This document shows, one piece after another, positions 62,875 through 64,000 of a stretch of 64,000 nt of DNA (position 1 is the stretch's first letter; each line of letters starts with the position of its first letter). The position numbers and the translations under genes are program-made. The DNA is from Octopus vulgaris. Taxonomy: Eukaryota. The notes under the pieces are model-generated. The model was not told where the DNA came from. It was given only the letters and a program-made list of their open reading frames with translations, and did not search any database. The DNA lies in assembly GCA_951406725.2 (NCBI GenBank), contig OX597823.1, forward strand, positions 33,666,001-33,730,000, written 5' to 3'.

Positions 62875-63066
62875 TAGTTTAAATTTACAGCAAAACAAAA
62901 GATGAAGAGAGGTGTATGAACAACAAAAAGGTGTATTAGTTTGACGGTTGGGAAAGTGAGAAAGTCTTTAATGTTTCGAGCCTATGCTCTTCAACAGAAA
63001 GAAATATGAGGAAATAAACAGAGAGAGAATAAAAAAACTTGTGTTGTAGCAATCATTCATGGTGAC
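62875..63066 (-). mobile_element. Family D repeat
   Basis: Minus strand 62966-63001 cttt-CTGTTGA-a-gagc-atag-gctc-GAAA-caTT-aaag; (TA)n flanks. Confidence 0.75.
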
Positions 63067-63067
63067 T

Positions 63068-63112
<45 letters not shown>

Positions 63113-63256
63113 TAGGTAGGTAGATAGATCGATAGATATCTGTCTGTGTGTGTGTGTTTGGTGGTGGAAACAGGTTAAATAGAACTCAAAACATATATAT
63201 TTTATAATTTAATCAGCCTTTCAATCACTTTGAAACTTCTGTCAGTAATAATAATA

Positions 63257-63317
<61 letters not shown>

Positions 63318-63331
63318 TAATAATAATAATA

Positions 63332-63760
63332 ATCGCTTGAATACTCCAGAAGGTGCTTGAAAAATAAGAGGTGTTACCTTAGTTCACTGGTAGTGAACAT
63401 CTGACACTATAGTTCACCTCCGCCGTTAGAAGCTGTGCAAAGGCAATAATAACAATAACAATAAATAATCTCAAAATACAAAGATCTGGAAATAGGGGTA
63501 ACTTGAATGTAGAGCCTAAAAGCAGAAATAATTCCTATTATAGTAGATGCATTAGGTATGATAAAAAACATCCAGACAAATACATAACAGGACATAAAAG
63601 TATATATAACATATGGAAAATAGCACTGCACACATCCTACATAAAATACTTTTAATACAGTGAAAATAAGAACACCACAACAGAGCATAGCACATACCCA
63701 AGGCACACAGAGCTTAGCTCAGTAGTGCAGTGAAAGCACGTGATAAAAATATGTCTACTG
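63332..63760 (+). mobile_element. Two stacked R4/Dong-like 3' ends (63332-63446; 63470-63760) in (AAT)n
   Basis: ..ILQKVLEK* plus UTR, then KYKDLEIGVT*M*SLKAEIIPIIVDALGMIKK, homologous to 32026-32330. Confidence 0.75.
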
Positions 63761-64000
63761 AATAATAATAATAATAACAATGAGAATAAGTCATAAAAAA
63801 GTATGTGTGGGCATTTGTACATCAATATCTACTAGTGCTTATATCTGTTTTTTCTATCTGATCTTTGTTATGGATCTTCTATAAGAATGAAGCTGTATAC
63901 CTTAATTTGTTATTTTTATATATGAAGACCAAGAAGAAATCTTGTGAAACAGAGTTTATGTTAACCTCTTGAAATTACCTGAGGAGACACATCTTTATGG

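Overview
AT-rich, CpG-depleted, microsatellite-dense animal DNA that is almost entirely repeat-derived. The SINE/LINE repertoire looks like octopus (coleoid cephalopod), but that is recognition from memory, not a database result. No host protein-coding exon can be supported: nearly all listed ORFs are microsatellite read-throughs or TE remnants. The window holds three tRNA-derived SINE families (about 30 copies), RTE, R4/Dong-like, Hero-like and CR1/L2-like LINE fragments, a DD37D Tc1/mariner remnant, a mariner HTH remnant, a Tc1-type MITE, a piggyBac-like MITE, non-autonomous Helitrons and a 1.1-kb minisatellite with a 160-bp higher-order repeat. A 6.16-kb near-identical duplication (6836-12991 vs 13092-19250) abuts a 100-N gap and is probably an assembly or haplotype artefact. 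The most interesting signal is non-coding: at least five distinct short repeat families carry type I hammerhead-ribozyme-like motifs of the minimal, Penelope-associated kind, often in tail-out inverted arrangements or within (TA)n tracts. These include an apparently core-intact hammerhead (10495-10583), a family fusing a tRNA-like Pol III head to a hammerhead (36191-36472, 49190-49487), and a 7-copy family with a fixed A6U core variant. Structures were folded by eye and coordinates of diverged repeats are approximate.
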